Shown here: positions 27,194 through 37,847 of the stretch, one piece after another
How the letters are laid out: the number at the start of each line of letters is the position of its first letter
How positions within the stretch are numbered: position 1 is the first letter of the stretch
DNA from: an uncultured Candidatus Saccharibacteria bacterium
GTDB taxonomy: Bacteria; Patescibacteriota; CPR2_A; CAYFQT01
Assembly: GCA_964345445.1 (NCBI GenBank)
Contig: CAYFQT010000001.1
Span: 1-62,507 of the forward strand
DNA: 62,507 nt
Direction of reading: 5' to 3'
Position numbers and translations under genes: made by a program
Notes under the pieces: generated by a model
What the model was told of the DNA's origin: nothing
The model's input: the letters and a program-made list of their open reading frames with translations, nothing else
Database searches by the model: none

Positions 27194-28279
27194 TCAAGTA
27201 TTAAATTTAAATTCGATCACATCACCATCACATACTATATAATCTTTCCCTTCAGTTCTTAGAAGTCCTTTTTCTTTTGCCTGATGCCAATCCCCTGTTT
27301 TGATTAAATCATCAAAATGAATAACATCGGCTGCAATAAATCCTTTTTCAAAATCAGTATGCACACAACCAGCAGCTTTTGGTGCTACAGTTCCAGAGAT
27401 AATTGGCCAGGCTCGGACTTCCTTGCCACCTGTTATTGTATAAAAAGTAATTAAATTCAAAAGTTTATATCCTTCTTTAATCAATCTAAAAGTTCCACTT
27501 TCTTTTAGTCCCAAACTTTCTAAATATTCTTTTGCTTCTTGCTCTGAAAGTTCTACTAAATCAGATTCTAATTTAGCACAAATGGGGATAAGATTAGAGA
27601 TTTGAGTCTGAGTTTTGAGTCTATTTAAATCTATATTCTCTAATTCTTTCTCTGAAATATTGGCTATATATAAAACTGGTTTAGAAGTAAGTAAATTTAA
27701 TTCTTTTACAATAGGCAATTCCTCTTTGGAAAACTCTAAAGAAGAAACTGGTACCTCTTCCTCTAAAGACTTTTCAATCTTCTCTAAGACTTGCAATTCC
27801 TGTTTTGTTTGTTTGCTTCCTGATTTCGCTTCTCCTTTTACTTTTTCTTTTCTTTTACTTATTGTCTCCAAATCTTTCAAAATTAATTCATAATTTACAG
27901 TTTTAATATCTTCCTGAGGATTGATTTTTCCTGAAACATGAGTAATATTAGAATCTTCAAAAACCCGAACAATATGGACAATAGCATCACACTCCCTTAT
28001 TTTAGCCAAAAATTGATTGCCTAATCCCTCGCCTTTGTGAGCATTATGAACCAAACCAGCTAAATCTACAAATTCAATAACAGCAGGGGTTACTTTTTCT
28101 GGTTTAATAATCTCCCCTAATTTTTTTAATCTTACATCAGGAACTTCAACAACACCTATATTAGGATCAACAGTACAAAAAGGATAATTGGAAACTTCTG
28201 CTTTAGCTTGACCTAACAAAGCATTAAAAAGCGTTGACTTACCAACATTAGGCAAACCTACTATTCCAATAGATAACAT
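27194..28279 (-). CDS. ychF: Redox-regulated ATPase YchF
   Basis: GIVGLPNVGKST, ANYPF-like SNYPFCT, GEGLGNQFL, H.DFEKGFI and YIV.DGDV.EFKFN motifs. Confidence 0.97.
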   Translation of the reverse strand: MLSIGIVGLPNVGKSTLFNALLGQAKAEVSNYPFCTVDPNIGVVEVPDVRLKKLGEIIKPEKVTPAVIEFVDLAGLVHNAHKGEGLGNQFLAKIRECDAIVHIVRVFEDSNITHVSGKINPQEDIKTVNYELILKDLETISKRKEKVKGEAKSGSKQTKQELQVLEKIEKSLEEEVPVSSLEFSKEELPIVKELNLLTSKPVLYIANISEKELENIDLNRLKTQTQISNLIPICAKLESDLVELSEQEAKEYLESLGLKESGTFRLIKEGYKLLNLITFYTITGGKEVRAWPIISGTVAPKAAGCVHTDFEKGFIAADVIHFDDLIKTGDWHQAKEKGLLRTEGKDYIVCDGDVIEFKFNT

Positions 28280-28300
28280 AGCTATCTCCCTACCATCATC

Positions 28301-28328
28301 TTACCACCAAAACAACAGATAAAAAAGA
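28301..28328. repeat. 28-bp direct repeat, left copy
   Basis: TTACCACCAAAACAACAGATAAAAAAGA; identical to 38468-38495. Confidence 0.9.
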
Positions 28329-28430
28329 CTAGAAAATATTATTTTTAAAATTTTAAAAATAAGCTCATTACTATTATCATCATTCCATTTACTATCTGGG
28401 TAAGTCACATTTATCATATTGCATAAATTC

Positions 28431-28459
28431 TTGACAAAAGGAGATTTTTTTGATATAAT
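28431..28459 (+). promoter_or_regulatory. Consensus sigma70 promoter for the kinase/pilus cluster
   Basis: TTGACA-17-TATAAT. Confidence 0.8.
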
Positions 28460-28549
28460 ATTATAATCATAATATTTATAATTTATGGCAATAATTTTTA
28501 AAATTTTCAAATTTTTAAGATAAAAAGACAGTAAATTAGGGAAATAAAA

Positions 28550-29725
28550 ATGAAAAATGAAAAAATACCCTTTTGCCAAGGCCCCAAAGGGAAGCAGAAA
28601 ATCGGCTTAAATTCGGATTTAGGTGCGGTAATAGAAAGTATTACCAATGGGGTTCTAATGTTTGATAAAAACAAACAAATAATTGCTAGCAATCCAGCGA
28701 TGAGAAAGATCATCCAACTAAAAAAGAAAAAAGCAAAACTTTCTGATTTTATTAGAACTTTTGAGGGAGCAACCCAATTGATAGGAAAGAAAAAAATAGT
28801 AATAGATATGTCCGCGGCTATTGATGAAGTTCTTAAATTCGCTAAAAAAGTTTATTTTAAAAAAACACAACTTAAAGATAGATTTTTTGAGATATTTATT
28901 GTTCCAATTTGGGACTATCGAAAAAAAGTTTTAGGTGGAGCCATAATTTTGCACGACGTTACTACTATTAAACAACTAGAAAGAATGAGAACTGACTTTG
29001 TCTCTGTAGCTTCACACCAGCTGCGTACACCGCTTACGGCAATAAAACTGTTTGGAGAATTAATTGCAAGTAAAGGATTTAAAAAATTGGACACCCGGCA
29101 AAAAGAATATTTAGAATATCTTTTTCAATCTACTCATCGAATGATTGAATTAGTTAATGATCTTTTAAATGTTTCTCGAATAGAAACTGGGAAATTAAAA
29201 ATTGAACCAAAGTTAATTCAAATAGAATATTTAATACAAAAAATTATTAATGAGATTATGCCTATAGTAAAAGATCGTAAGTGCAAAATTACTTTTCAAG
29301 CCCCTAAGAAAAAATTACCTAAAATCTCAGTTGATCAAAGTCTAATATATCAGATTATTCGTAATTTAATTGTTAATGCTATTCAGTATTCTCCCACTGT
29401 TAAAGGTAATATTCTACTTAAGTTAGAAAAGAGAAACAAAAAAGAATATTTGATTAGTGTGAAAGACAATGGTATTGGTATTCCTAAAGAAGCCCAACCA
29501 AGAATTTTTGAGAAATTCTTCAGAGCTGATAATGCTATTAAATCAGTAACAGAGGGGTCAGGATTGGGACTTTATATCTCTAAAATGGCTATAGAAGCTA
29601 CAGGCGGGAAAATCTGGTTTAAAAGCGAACCAAATAAAGGAACAATATTCTATCTAACAATACCCATAAAAGGAATGCTCAGAAAAAAGGGAGAAAAGGG
29701 GCTGGCAAGTGAAACAAAATTCTAA
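28550..29725 (+). CDS. Cytoplasmic PAS-domain sensor histidine kinase
   Basis: SHQLRTPLT H-box, NLIVNAIQYS, DNGIGI, IFEKFFR and GSGLGL motifs; no TM helix seen. Confidence 0.92.
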   Translation: MKNEKIPFCQGPKGKQKIGLNSDLGAVIESITNGVLMFDKNKQIIASNPAMRKIIQLKKKKAKLSDFIRTFEGATQLIGKKKIVIDMSAAIDEVLKFAKKVYFKKTQLKDRFFEIFIVPIWDYRKKVLGGAIILHDVTTIKQLERMRTDFVSVASHQLRTPLTAIKLFGELIASKGFKKLDTRQKEYLEYLFQSTHRMIELVNDLLNVSRIETGKLKIEPKLIQIEYLIQKIINEIMPIVKDRKCKITFQAPKKKLPKISVDQSLIYQIIRNLIVNAIQYSPTVKGNILLKLEKRNKKEYLISVKDNGIGIPKEAQPRIFEKFFRADNAIKSVTEGSGLGLYISKMAIEATGGKIWFKSEPNKGTIFYLTIPIKGMLRKKGEKGLASETKF

Positions 29726-30107
29726 ATACAAAATTTTATTAGTAGAGGATGACAAATTTCTCTCCAGGGCCTATCAAGATGGCTTATTGAGAGCTGGTTT
29801 TGAAGTTATTATTGCCCTAGACGGATCAGAAGCAATAGAAAAAATAAAGAAAGAAGTGCCAGATTTGATTCTACTTGATTTAATTATGCCTGTAAAGAAT
29901 GGCTTTGAAGTGTTAGAAGAAATAAAAAAAGATAATGAATTTAAAAATATTCCTATTATCATCCTTTCTAATCTAGGTCAAGATTCTGATATTAATCGAG
30001 GAAAAGAACTTGGTGCAGTGGACTATTTAATTAAATCCGATTGGTCAATACAGGGTGTGGTAGAAAAGGTGAAAGAACACATTGCTAATGCAACAGGTAC
30101 CAAATAA
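29709..30107 (+). CDS. Single-domain response regulator
   Basis: LLVEDD, ILLDLIMP, PIIILSN and DYLIK motifs. Confidence 0.92.
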   Translation: MKQNSKYKILLVEDDKFLSRAYQDGLLRAGFEVIIALDGSEAIEKIKKEVPDLILLDLIMPVKNGFEVLEEIKKDNEFKNIPIIILSNLGQDSDINRGKELGAVDYLIKSDWSIQGVVEKVKEHIANATGTK

Positions 30108-30216
30108 CAAATATTTTTAAATTGATATTTGTTTAGTTTGCTAACCGTAAGTGAGCTTAGCTCATTCATTGCAGATGAGAAAAATATAATCTATTTGAAA
30201 CTGAAGGATAAAAATT

Positions 30217-31899
30217 ATGAATATTTCTAATAAACAACTAAAAGCTCTTTTGGTGAATCCGGGATTTGTAGCCGAAAATCAGTTTAATGATGCCCAAAAT
30301 ACAGCCCAAGAACAAAACAAATCTATTGATGAAGTTTTAGTAGAGAAAAACCTGATTCCCGATGAACACTTGGGTCAAATTATTGCCGGTGCCTTAGGTG
30401 TTCCTTTTGCTAATTTAAGAAAAAAGAAAGTGAATGAGCGAGTCTTAAGAATTGTTCCGGAAGTTGTGGCTAAAAGTCAAAAAATTATTACCTTTGAGCA
30501 GAAAGGAAATAATTTAAAACTAGCTATGGCAAATCCCCAGAATCTGGAGATAATTAATTTAATTGCCAAAAAGACTGGTTGCAAAGTGATCCCTTATTAT
30601 GCTACCCCTATAGGCATTAAAGAAGGCCTGGCATATTACAAAAAAGAACTTAAACAAGAATTTGAAGATATTATAAAAGAGAACATAGAAAAAGCCCGTG
30701 GAGCTCGACCAGAAGATGTGCCTATAATCAGAATTATTGATACTATTTTTGAATATGCTCATCAAAATAGAGCTTCAGATATTCATATTGAACCTCAGGA
30801 AAATAAAGTAGTAGTCCGCTATAGAATTGATGGTTTTTTACATGATGTGATCACTTTTTCTAAAGATATACTTGATCTAGTTGTAACCAGAATTAAAATT
30901 TTGGCCAGGCTTCGTACAGATGAACATAGAGCCGCCCAGGATGGTGAAATTAAAAGAAAAATAAGGGATGAAAAAGTAGATATTCGAGTTTCAATTGTTC
31001 CTATCACAGAAGGTGAAAAAGTGGTTATGCGCCTTTTATCCGAGCGAAGTCGATTGTTTTTTATAGACGAATTAGGGCTTTGTGATGTTGATTTGAAAAA
31101 AATTAAACTTAGTATTAAAAAACCTTATGGAATGATTTTAGCCACTGGCCCCACTGGTTGCGGCAAAACCACTACTTTATATACTATTTTGAAAATATTA
31201 AATAAAAGAGAAGTGAATATTTCTACAATTGAAGATCCAGTAGAATATGATGTTCAAGGTATAAATCAAATTCAAGTTAATCCCAAAACTAATTTAACTT
31301 TTGCTCAAGGGCTTAGGGCGATTGTCAGACAAGACCCTGATATTATTATGGTTGGAGAAATTAGAGATAAAGAAACAGCTGGTATTGCTGTAAATTCAGC
31401 TATGACTGGACATTTGGTGTTATCTACTCTTCATACAAATGATGCAGCAACAACTTTGCCTCGTCTACTGGATATGAAAATTGAGCCATTTTTAGTAGCT
31501 TCGACAGTAAATTTAATTATTGCTCAAAGACTAGTTCGTCGAATTTGTACTGGCTGTATTGAGAGTTATTTAATAGAGGGTAAAAAACTGAAAAGTTTGA
31601 AAAAACAGATAGACCTAGAGAGTGTCTTAGGTAAAAAAGATATCGAACAGTTGCGTGTTTATCAAGGCAAAGGTTGTGAAAGTTGTAATCAAACTGGTTA
31701 TTCTGGTCGAGTAGGTATTTTTGAAATCTTAGAGATGAATGAAGGTATCAAAAAATTAGTAATGGAAAAAGCTTCTAATGATCAGGTTAAACAACAAGCT
31801 ATAAAAGAGGGTATGACTTGTATGTTTAATGATGGAATAAAAAAAGTTTTAGGTGGAATAACCACTCTAGAAGAAGTATTGAGAGCGACTAAAAGATAA
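30217..31899 (+). CDS. pilB: Type IV pilus/T2SS assembly ATPase (PilB/GspE)
   Basis: ASDIHIEP, GPTGCGKTTT, TIEDPVEY, RQDPDIIMVGEIRD, TGHLVLSTLHTN and Zn-binding Cys motifs. Confidence 0.93.
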   Translation: MNISNKQLKALLVNPGFVAENQFNDAQNTAQEQNKSIDEVLVEKNLIPDEHLGQIIAGALGVPFANLRKKKVNERVLRIVPEVVAKSQKIITFEQKGNNLKLAMANPQNLEIINLIAKKTGCKVIPYYATPIGIKEGLAYYKKELKQEFEDIIKENIEKARGARPEDVPIIRIIDTIFEYAHQNRASDIHIEPQENKVVVRYRIDGFLHDVITFSKDILDLVVTRIKILARLRTDEHRAAQDGEIKRKIRDEKVDIRVSIVPITEGEKVVMRLLSERSRLFFIDELGLCDVDLKKIKLSIKKPYGMILATGPTGCGKTTTLYTILKILNKREVNISTIEDPVEYDVQGINQIQVNPKTNLTFAQGLRAIVRQDPDIIMVGEIRDKETAGIAVNSAMTGHLVLSTLHTNDAATTLPRLLDMKIEPFLVASTVNLIIAQRLVRRICTGCIESYLIEGKKLKSLKKQIDLESVLGKKDIEQLRVYQGKGCESCNQTGYSGRVGIFEILEMNEGIKKLVMEKASNDQVKQQAIKEGMTCMFNDGIKKVLGGITTLEEVLRATKR

Positions 31900-32086
31900 A
31901 TGCAAAAATGTTTGCTTTGCAAAAGAATTTTGTCATAGACAAAATTAAGCGCGAAAATTCGCACAAAAGAACACCAATAAAAAGTTAACAAAATTTTAGA
32001 GTATTTTTAGTGTAATTTAGTTCAAGTTTAGTAGCCAATTCTTACCTATGTTAACACTCTTTTGCAAAACAAAGGAGTTATTATTT

Positions 32087-33310
32087 ATGAAGTTCAACTA
32101 CACGATTTCTACAAAAGAAGGGCAAATTAAAAAAGGGGTCATTTCTTCCTATGATAAAGAGAAGGCTATTACAGAACTAAAAAATAAAGGTTATTTAATA
32201 ATCTCTATAGAAGAAAAAACCAAAGGCAATTTAGAATTTTTGTCCAAAATAGAATTGGGTAGAGTTTCTAATTTAGACAAAGTACTTTTTGCCAAATATC
32301 TCTCAATAATGATCAAGGCTGGATTGCCTATTGCTGAAGCTTTGGAAATTATCAAAAATCAAATTACTTCTTCCAGACTGAAAAAAGTATTAGACAAAGT
32401 TTTACATAATGTAAAAGCAGGGGTGCCTTTGTCAAAAAGTCTTGCTCAATATCCTAAAATCTTTAACCAGTTTTTTGTTAATATGGTTAAAGTAGGAGAA
32501 ACAGGTGGTGCTTTAGAAAACACCCTAATCCATCTATCTTTGCAGATGGAAAAGGACTATGATTTAAAAAAGAAAATCAAGGGAGCAATGCTCTATCCAA
32601 TGATTATTCTTATAGCTACAATGGCTTTGGGTAGTGCAATGGCTATTTTTATCCTACCTAAGTTAACCAAGCTTTTTCAAACCTTTAAAGTTACTTTACC
32701 TTTGTCTACTAGAATTTTACTGTGGGTATCAAATTTGTTTCAAAATTATGGGTTCTATATTATTGGGGGATTTATTATTCTTATCTTTCTGTTGTGGTAT
32801 ATTGTAAGGAGTAATTTTGCCCGACTGCCTACCTCCAGATTAATTTTATCTCTTCCTATTATTGGTAAAATTAGTCAAAATGTTAATTTAGCTCGCTTTA
32901 ATCGTATTCTAGGAACCTTGCTTAAAAGTGGAGTTCCTGTTGTTGAGGCTTTAAGCATTACAGCCAATACTTTGGGTAATGAAGTTTATAAGAAAAGATT
33001 GCTTTCTGTCTCAGAAAAAGTGAAAAAAGGCATTCCTATCTCCCAAGTTTTAAAAAAAGAAAGTAAACATTCAGATAGCTTCCCCCAATTGGTCTCCCGA
33101 ATGATTGGGGTAGGTGAAAAAACAGGAAAGTTAGATGAGACTCTTATTTATCTGGCTAAATTTTATGAAAAAGAAGTTGATAATACTACCAAAAACCTTT
33201 CAGTTATTCTAGAGCCAATATTATTAATTTTAATCGGTTTAGTTGTTGCTCTTGTAGCTATTGCTATTATCTCTCCAATTTATAAATTATCAGGAAGTTT
33301 AAGGAAGTAG
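32087..33310 (+). CDS. pilC: Type IV pilus platform protein (PilC/GspF)
   Basis: Two T2SSF repeats (GETGG.LE, A..YP, GEKTG.LD, LEPILL); AAAGGAG RBS before ATG 32087. Confidence 0.92.
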   Translation: MKFNYTISTKEGQIKKGVISSYDKEKAITELKNKGYLIISIEEKTKGNLEFLSKIELGRVSNLDKVLFAKYLSIMIKAGLPIAEALEIIKNQITSSRLKKVLDKVLHNVKAGVPLSKSLAQYPKIFNQFFVNMVKVGETGGALENTLIHLSLQMEKDYDLKKKIKGAMLYPMIILIATMALGSAMAIFILPKLTKLFQTFKVTLPLSTRILLWVSNLFQNYGFYIIGGFIILIFLLWYIVRSNFARLPTSRLILSLPIIGKISQNVNLARFNRILGTLLKSGVPVVEALSITANTLGNEVYKKRLLSVSEKVKKGIPISQVLKKESKHSDSFPQLVSRMIGVGEKTGKLDETLIYLAKFYEKEVDNTTKNLSVILEPILLILIGLVVALVAIAIISPIYKLSGSLRK

Positions 33311-33311
33311 A

Positions 33312-33788
33312 ATGAGAAAAAAATCACTAATTTCTAATTCCCAATTCCTAAGTTCTAAGGTAGGCTTTACTTTAATAGAAATTTTAGTTGCAATTGGGTT
33401 AATTGGCATTTTGGTTTTTTTAAGTATTCCTTTTTATCAATCATTTCAGGTAGAAAGCCAACTTGATTCTATCACAGAAGAAATAGTACAGACTTTACGC
33501 AGAGCTCAATCAAAAGCTATGGCTTCCCAGGCAGATTCAAAGTTTGGGGTTAAATTAACTTCTGGACAATATACTTTATTTAAGGGAGATTCTTATGCTA
33601 CACGCGAAGTAGTCTATGACGAAGATTTCAACATTCCTGATACCTTATCTATTAGTGGGCTTACAGAAATAGTTTTTGATAAATTAAAAGGAACCACTTT
33701 AAATACTGGAAATATTACTATAACTAGTGTGAACAATAATTCGAAAACTATTAATATTAATGAAGTAGGAAGAGTGGAGATGGAATGA
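33312..33788 (+). CDS. Minor pilin (FimT/GspH-like)
   Basis: G|FTLIEIL class III signal. Confidence 0.85.
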   Translation: MRKKSLISNSQFLSSKVGFTLIEILVAIGLIGILVFLSIPFYQSFQVESQLDSITEEIVQTLRRAQSKAMASQADSKFGVKLTSGQYTLFKGDSYATREVVYDEDFNIPDTLSISGLTEIVFDKLKGTTLNTGNITITSVNNNSKTININEVGRVEME

Positions 33789-35407
33789 AAGGCAAAATAT
33801 TTAAATTTTCTCAATCAGGTCAAAGCCTGATTGAAATTTTAATTGCTATAGCTATTTTTTCTTTAATCATTTCTTCTAGTGTGTTTTTGATTTTAGATAC
33901 TTTTATTTCCAATCGTCAAGGCGGTGAACGAACCAGAGCTGTCGCCATAGCTTCTGAGGGAATTGAAGCAGCCAAATCTATACATAACAGAGGGTGGAAA
34001 TATTTAACTAATGGAGATCATGGGGTGCAAATTAATACTGATAATCCCTCTAATACTTATTGGGAATTTATCGGCAGTCAAAATTCCATTAATCAATTTA
34101 CAAGAATTATTAATGTCTCATCAGTTAATAGAGATGTAGCTGGGGATATTACACAAAGTGGAGGAGCTCCAGACATAGATACTAAAAAAGTAACCTCTAC
34201 AGTAACTTGGGAATTTACTCCCGATCGTACAAATAATGTGGTTTTAACCTCTTACTTTACTAATTACAATGGCCGTAATTGGCGACAGTCTACCAAAGAT
34301 AATTTTGATGGAGGGGTAAAAACAGATGTTCAAACCACACAAATAGATGATGGGGAGGTACAACTCTCTGGTGATTCAGGTATCATTGATTGGAGCACCC
34401 CTCAGATAGTAGGTAGCTATGATACCCCAGGTCGTGCTGATGCCAATGATGTCTTTATTGTAGGAGATACAGCCTACCTAGTAAGATCTTCTTCCAGAGA
34501 TGATGAGCTTTGTATTATTGATGTTGCTAACAAAATAAATCCTCAACTCTTAGGCTCTCTAAATTTAGGCGCCCAAGCCAATGGAATTTATATTGCAGGA
34601 AATTATGCTTACATTGCTTCAACATCAAATAATCAGGAATTACAAATAGTAGATATTAGTAATCCGGGGGCCCTAAGCATTGATGGTTCTTTTGATACTC
34701 CAGGTGTTGCTGATGCCAATGATGTCTTTATTGTAGGAGATACAGCCTACCTAGTAAGAGATAATTGGAAGGCAAATCATGATTTTCATATTCTTAATGT
34801 TTCTAATCCTGGGAGCATTACTATAGTTGGTTCTTTAGATTTAAATACTGATTCTAATGATATTTATGTTTCAGGAGATTATGCTTTTGTGGCTACTGAG
34901 AGCAATAGCGCTGAATTTAAAGTAATAGATATTTCAACCCCAGTAACTCCTTCTGTCTTCGGAACGGCTAATCTTGGTGACTACGCCACTGGCATTTTTG
35001 TAAATGGAGATTATGCTTTTGTGGCTAATATTTCCAATAGTGCGGAACTTTATATTTTATCAGGAGGAGGAAACGGTTTTGCAACTTCAGGAAATCTGGA
35101 ATCAAGTAATTTTGATACCGGCTCTTCCATCACTATATATAATTATATTATCTGGACAGCTCAAGTAACTTCTGGAACAACTTTAAAATTTCAAATTAGA
35201 ACAGCTGACACCCAAGCAGGGCTTTCTGGAGCAACTTGGGTGGGACCTGATGGAACAAATAGCACCTATTATGAAACCTCTGGTGAGGTTATCACAACAG
35301 ATCCCGGAGCTTCTGGAACCAATTGGATTCAATATAAAGCTTATTTTGAAGGAGACGGAACAAACACCCCGATTTTAGAAGATATAACTATTAATTATGA
35401 ACAATAA
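33785..35407 (+). CDS. Minor pilin (PilV-like) with an LVIVD-repeat beta-propeller
   Basis: G|QSLIEIL signal; about 44-aa repeats (GDTAYLV, GNYAYIA, GDYAFVA, IIDV/IVDI). Confidence 0.8.
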   Translation: MKGKIFKFSQSGQSLIEILIAIAIFSLIISSSVFLILDTFISNRQGGERTRAVAIASEGIEAAKSIHNRGWKYLTNGDHGVQINTDNPSNTYWEFIGSQNSINQFTRIINVSSVNRDVAGDITQSGGAPDIDTKKVTSTVTWEFTPDRTNNVVLTSYFTNYNGRNWRQSTKDNFDGGVKTDVQTTQIDDGEVQLSGDSGIIDWSTPQIVGSYDTPGRADANDVFIVGDTAYLVRSSSRDDELCIIDVANKINPQLLGSLNLGAQANGIYIAGNYAYIASTSNNQELQIVDISNPGALSIDGSFDTPGVADANDVFIVGDTAYLVRDNWKANHDFHILNVSNPGSITIVGSLDLNTDSNDIYVSGDYAFVATESNSAEFKVIDISTPVTPSVFGTANLGDYATGIFVNGDYAFVANISNSAELYILSGGGNGFATSGNLESSNFDTGSSITIYNYIIWTAQVTSGTTLKFQIRTADTQAGLSGATWVGPDGTNSTYYETSGEVITTDPGASGTNWIQYKAYFEGDGTNTPILEDITINYEQ

Positions 35408-35415
35408 ACAAGAAA

Positions 35416-36003
35416 ATGAAAAATACAAAATTAGAAAGACTATTTCTTAAATCTCAAAACTCAAATCTCAAAACTCACAGGGGTTTCACTCTTATTGAAA
35501 TCCTGATTTATATTGGGTTGGTTAGTGTTTTTTTGATTATTTGCACTAGTTTTGCCTGGACAGCAATTAACAGCAAAATTAAAAGTCAAGCGATTTTGGA
35601 AGTACAACAAAATGCTCGACTGGCTATAGAAAGAATGGTACAAGAAATTCATGCTGCCAAAGATATAAATATAGCTCAATCTGATTTTGACATTAATTTG
35701 GCTTTTCCGGAAAATGCGGGCAGAAAACTTTCTTTAGTTATGGAATATGCTGGTATTGACCCTACTGAATTTGATGTTTCCTTCAACATTCTTCAAATAA
35801 AACAAGAAACAAGTGGTCCTTATGCTTTAACTTCCAGTAATGTCAAAGTTACTGATTTAACTTTTACTAATTTAAGCACCGTTAATAACAAAACAAGAAA
35901 TATTAGAATTAGACTTGCAATCGAACATATAAATCCTGAAGATAGAGAGCCCTGGGAAGCTTCTGTGACTTTAGAAACAACTGCAGAATTAAGAGACCGA
36001 TGA
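35416..36003 (+). CDS. Minor pilin (PilW-like)
   Basis: G|FTLIEIL class III signal. Confidence 0.82.
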   Translation: MKNTKLERLFLKSQNSNLKTHRGFTLIEILIYIGLVSVFLIICTSFAWTAINSKIKSQAILEVQQNARLAIERMVQEIHAAKDINIAQSDFDINLAFPENAGRKLSLVMEYAGIDPTEFDVSFNILQIKQETSGPYALTSSNVKVTDLTFTNLSTVNNKTRNIRIRLAIEHINPEDREPWEASVTLETTAELRDR

Positions 36004-36128
36004 TAAAAAGTAATAGTTGTAGTATATACATAGGCGCGCTTTGTTAGCAGTACTCATAGGATTAGAACGAACAAAAGCGATACTATAATTAAAAAGATAC
36101 TCCGTTTACTATAAATAAGGATGTATCA

Positions 36129-36578
36129 ATGAAAAACAAATTCCTAAAACATAACAGCCAACATCTGGAATCTAAACAAGGGTACATTGCTTTAATATCA
36201 ATAATAATAATTACGGCAGTAATTTTGATTATTAGTATTAGTATTAATTTGTCAGGAGTTTCAGAAATACAAATGAGTGTTTCAGAAAATCAATCCCTAG
36301 AAAGCTTTGCTGTAGCTGAGGCAGGAATTTCAGAGGCAATGATTAGATTAAAACGTGATTCAGGATATTCAGGAGGAAGCTTGAATATTGGCAATGGTTC
36401 TTGTACTATAGAAGTAACGTCTAACGCTAGTAATCGAACAATTACTTCAACTGGCATAGTCAATGATTTAACAAGAAAAATTGAGTCAATAGTAGAATTA
36501 AACGGCAATAATTTAACTATTATTTCCTGGAAAGAAATTTGGAGCAGTGAACCCCCAGGGGGTCCAGCACAACCTTAG
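36129..36578 (+). CDS. Minor pilin (PilX-like)
   Basis: G|YIALIS signal lacking E5; A..VAEAGI.EA motif. Confidence 0.72.
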   Translation: MKNKFLKHNSQHLESKQGYIALISIIIITAVILIISISINLSGVSEIQMSVSENQSLESFAVAEAGISEAMIRLKRDSGYSGGSLNIGNGSCTIEVTSNASNRTITSTGIVNDLTRKIESIVELNGNNLTIISWKEIWSSEPPGGPAQP

Positions 36579-36718
36579 AATATAAAAAAGAAAATTAATT
36601 AGAATTAATAAGAAAAAATTAAAATTTAAAACAATTAGCATGCTGTAAATGCTGTAATTCTAGCAAAGGTAAAATTCCTCTGGAATTAATCAATTCACAT
36701 TAATCAGCAAGGGGGAAA

Positions 36719-37795
36719 ATGTTTAATTTATCTACTAAAAATCCTTTTGGTCTGGATATTTCCGATGCTTCCATTGAAGTTTTGCAGTTTAAAAGAAAAC
36801 CTAGTAAAATCAAATTAGTAGCTTATGGTAGAAATCGACTGGAGCAGGGTATAGTAAAAAACGGGGCCATCTATCAAAAAGAAAAACTGGTAGAAAATAT
36901 TGTCAAATTATTAGAAAACACTTCACCTAGACCGATTGTTACTAAACAAGTTATTATTTCTCTACCGGAATCAAAAGTTTTTACTCATATTTTTCAGTTG
37001 CCAAAATCTCTCAGTATAGAACAGACAAAAGATACTTTAAAGTATGAAGCTCGGGAAGTAATTCCTTTTAATCTTGATGAGGTTTATTGGGATTTTCAAA
37101 TTGTTTCCGAAGAAGAAAATAAAAAGGGAGTTTTTTTCGCTGCTTCACCCAAAAAAATTGTAGAGGAGTTTAAAAAAGCTCTACAGATGGCCAATCTTAT
37201 ACCTTTAGCTTTTGATATGGAGTCATTAGCCCTACAGCGCTCTTTAATTAAAAACCATGGTCAACAAGAAGAAATGCTGATAGCTGATATTGGAAGTCAA
37301 GCTACTATTTTGAGTATCTTTGATAAAAATGGCCTTTATTCCACTATGAATATTCCTATTGCTGGCAATAATTTTACTAAAGCTATCTCAAGTAGTCTAA
37401 AAATTCCTTTAGAGAAAGCGGAGGAATTAAAGTTAGACAGTAATTTTTCAGAAGAGCAAAAAGAACAGATTTTATTTACTATAAAACCTCTTTTGGATTC
37501 TATAATCTTAGAGATTAAGAAATCTATTGAATATTATAAAAATCAAAAACAAAATAAGATTAATAAAATTTTACTCAGTGGAGGCTCTAGTTTGGTTTTA
37601 GGACTTCCTGAATATTTCTCACAAAAATTAAATTTAAAAATAGAAGTGGCCGATCCTTGGGCAGGAATAGATATAAACTCTTTATTTAAAAAAAGTATAG
37701 GTATAAAACCCATTTTGTTCAGCACAGTTTGTGGGCTGGCTTTACGGGGCATAGAAAAAAATCCCAAAACAGCAGGTATTAATTTATTATATTAA
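36719..37795 (+). CDS. pilM: Type IV pilus alignment protein PilM
   Basis: FGLDIS, DIGS..T, PIAG..FT, LLSGG and CGLALR motifs (actin-like fold). Confidence 0.9.
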   Translation: MFNLSTKNPFGLDISDASIEVLQFKRKPSKIKLVAYGRNRLEQGIVKNGAIYQKEKLVENIVKLLENTSPRPIVTKQVIISLPESKVFTHIFQLPKSLSIEQTKDTLKYEAREVIPFNLDEVYWDFQIVSEEENKKGVFFAASPKKIVEEFKKALQMANLIPLAFDMESLALQRSLIKNHGQQEEMLIADIGSQATILSIFDKNGLYSTMNIPIAGNNFTKAISSSLKIPLEKAEELKLDSNFSEEQKEQILFTIKPLLDSIILEIKKSIEYYKNQKQNKINKILLSGGSSLVLGLPEYFSQKLNLKIEVADPWAGIDINSLFKKSIGIKPILFSTVCGLALRGIEKNPKTAGINLLY

Positions 37796-37847
37796 AATAG
37801 AGATTTAAATTTATTAATAATCTAATTAAAAAATGGAGGAGTGAAAA

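Noticed and set aside
31900-31990. Three tandem small palindromes between pilB and pilC, as a possible c-di-GMP riboswitch
   Set aside because: No GEMM consensus (GGCAAA, GAAA tetraloop, receptor) is present.
34435-34759. DGR template/variable repeat pair
   Set aside because: The copies are identical with no adenine-specific mismatches, both are in frame in one gene, and no reverse transcriptase is in the window.
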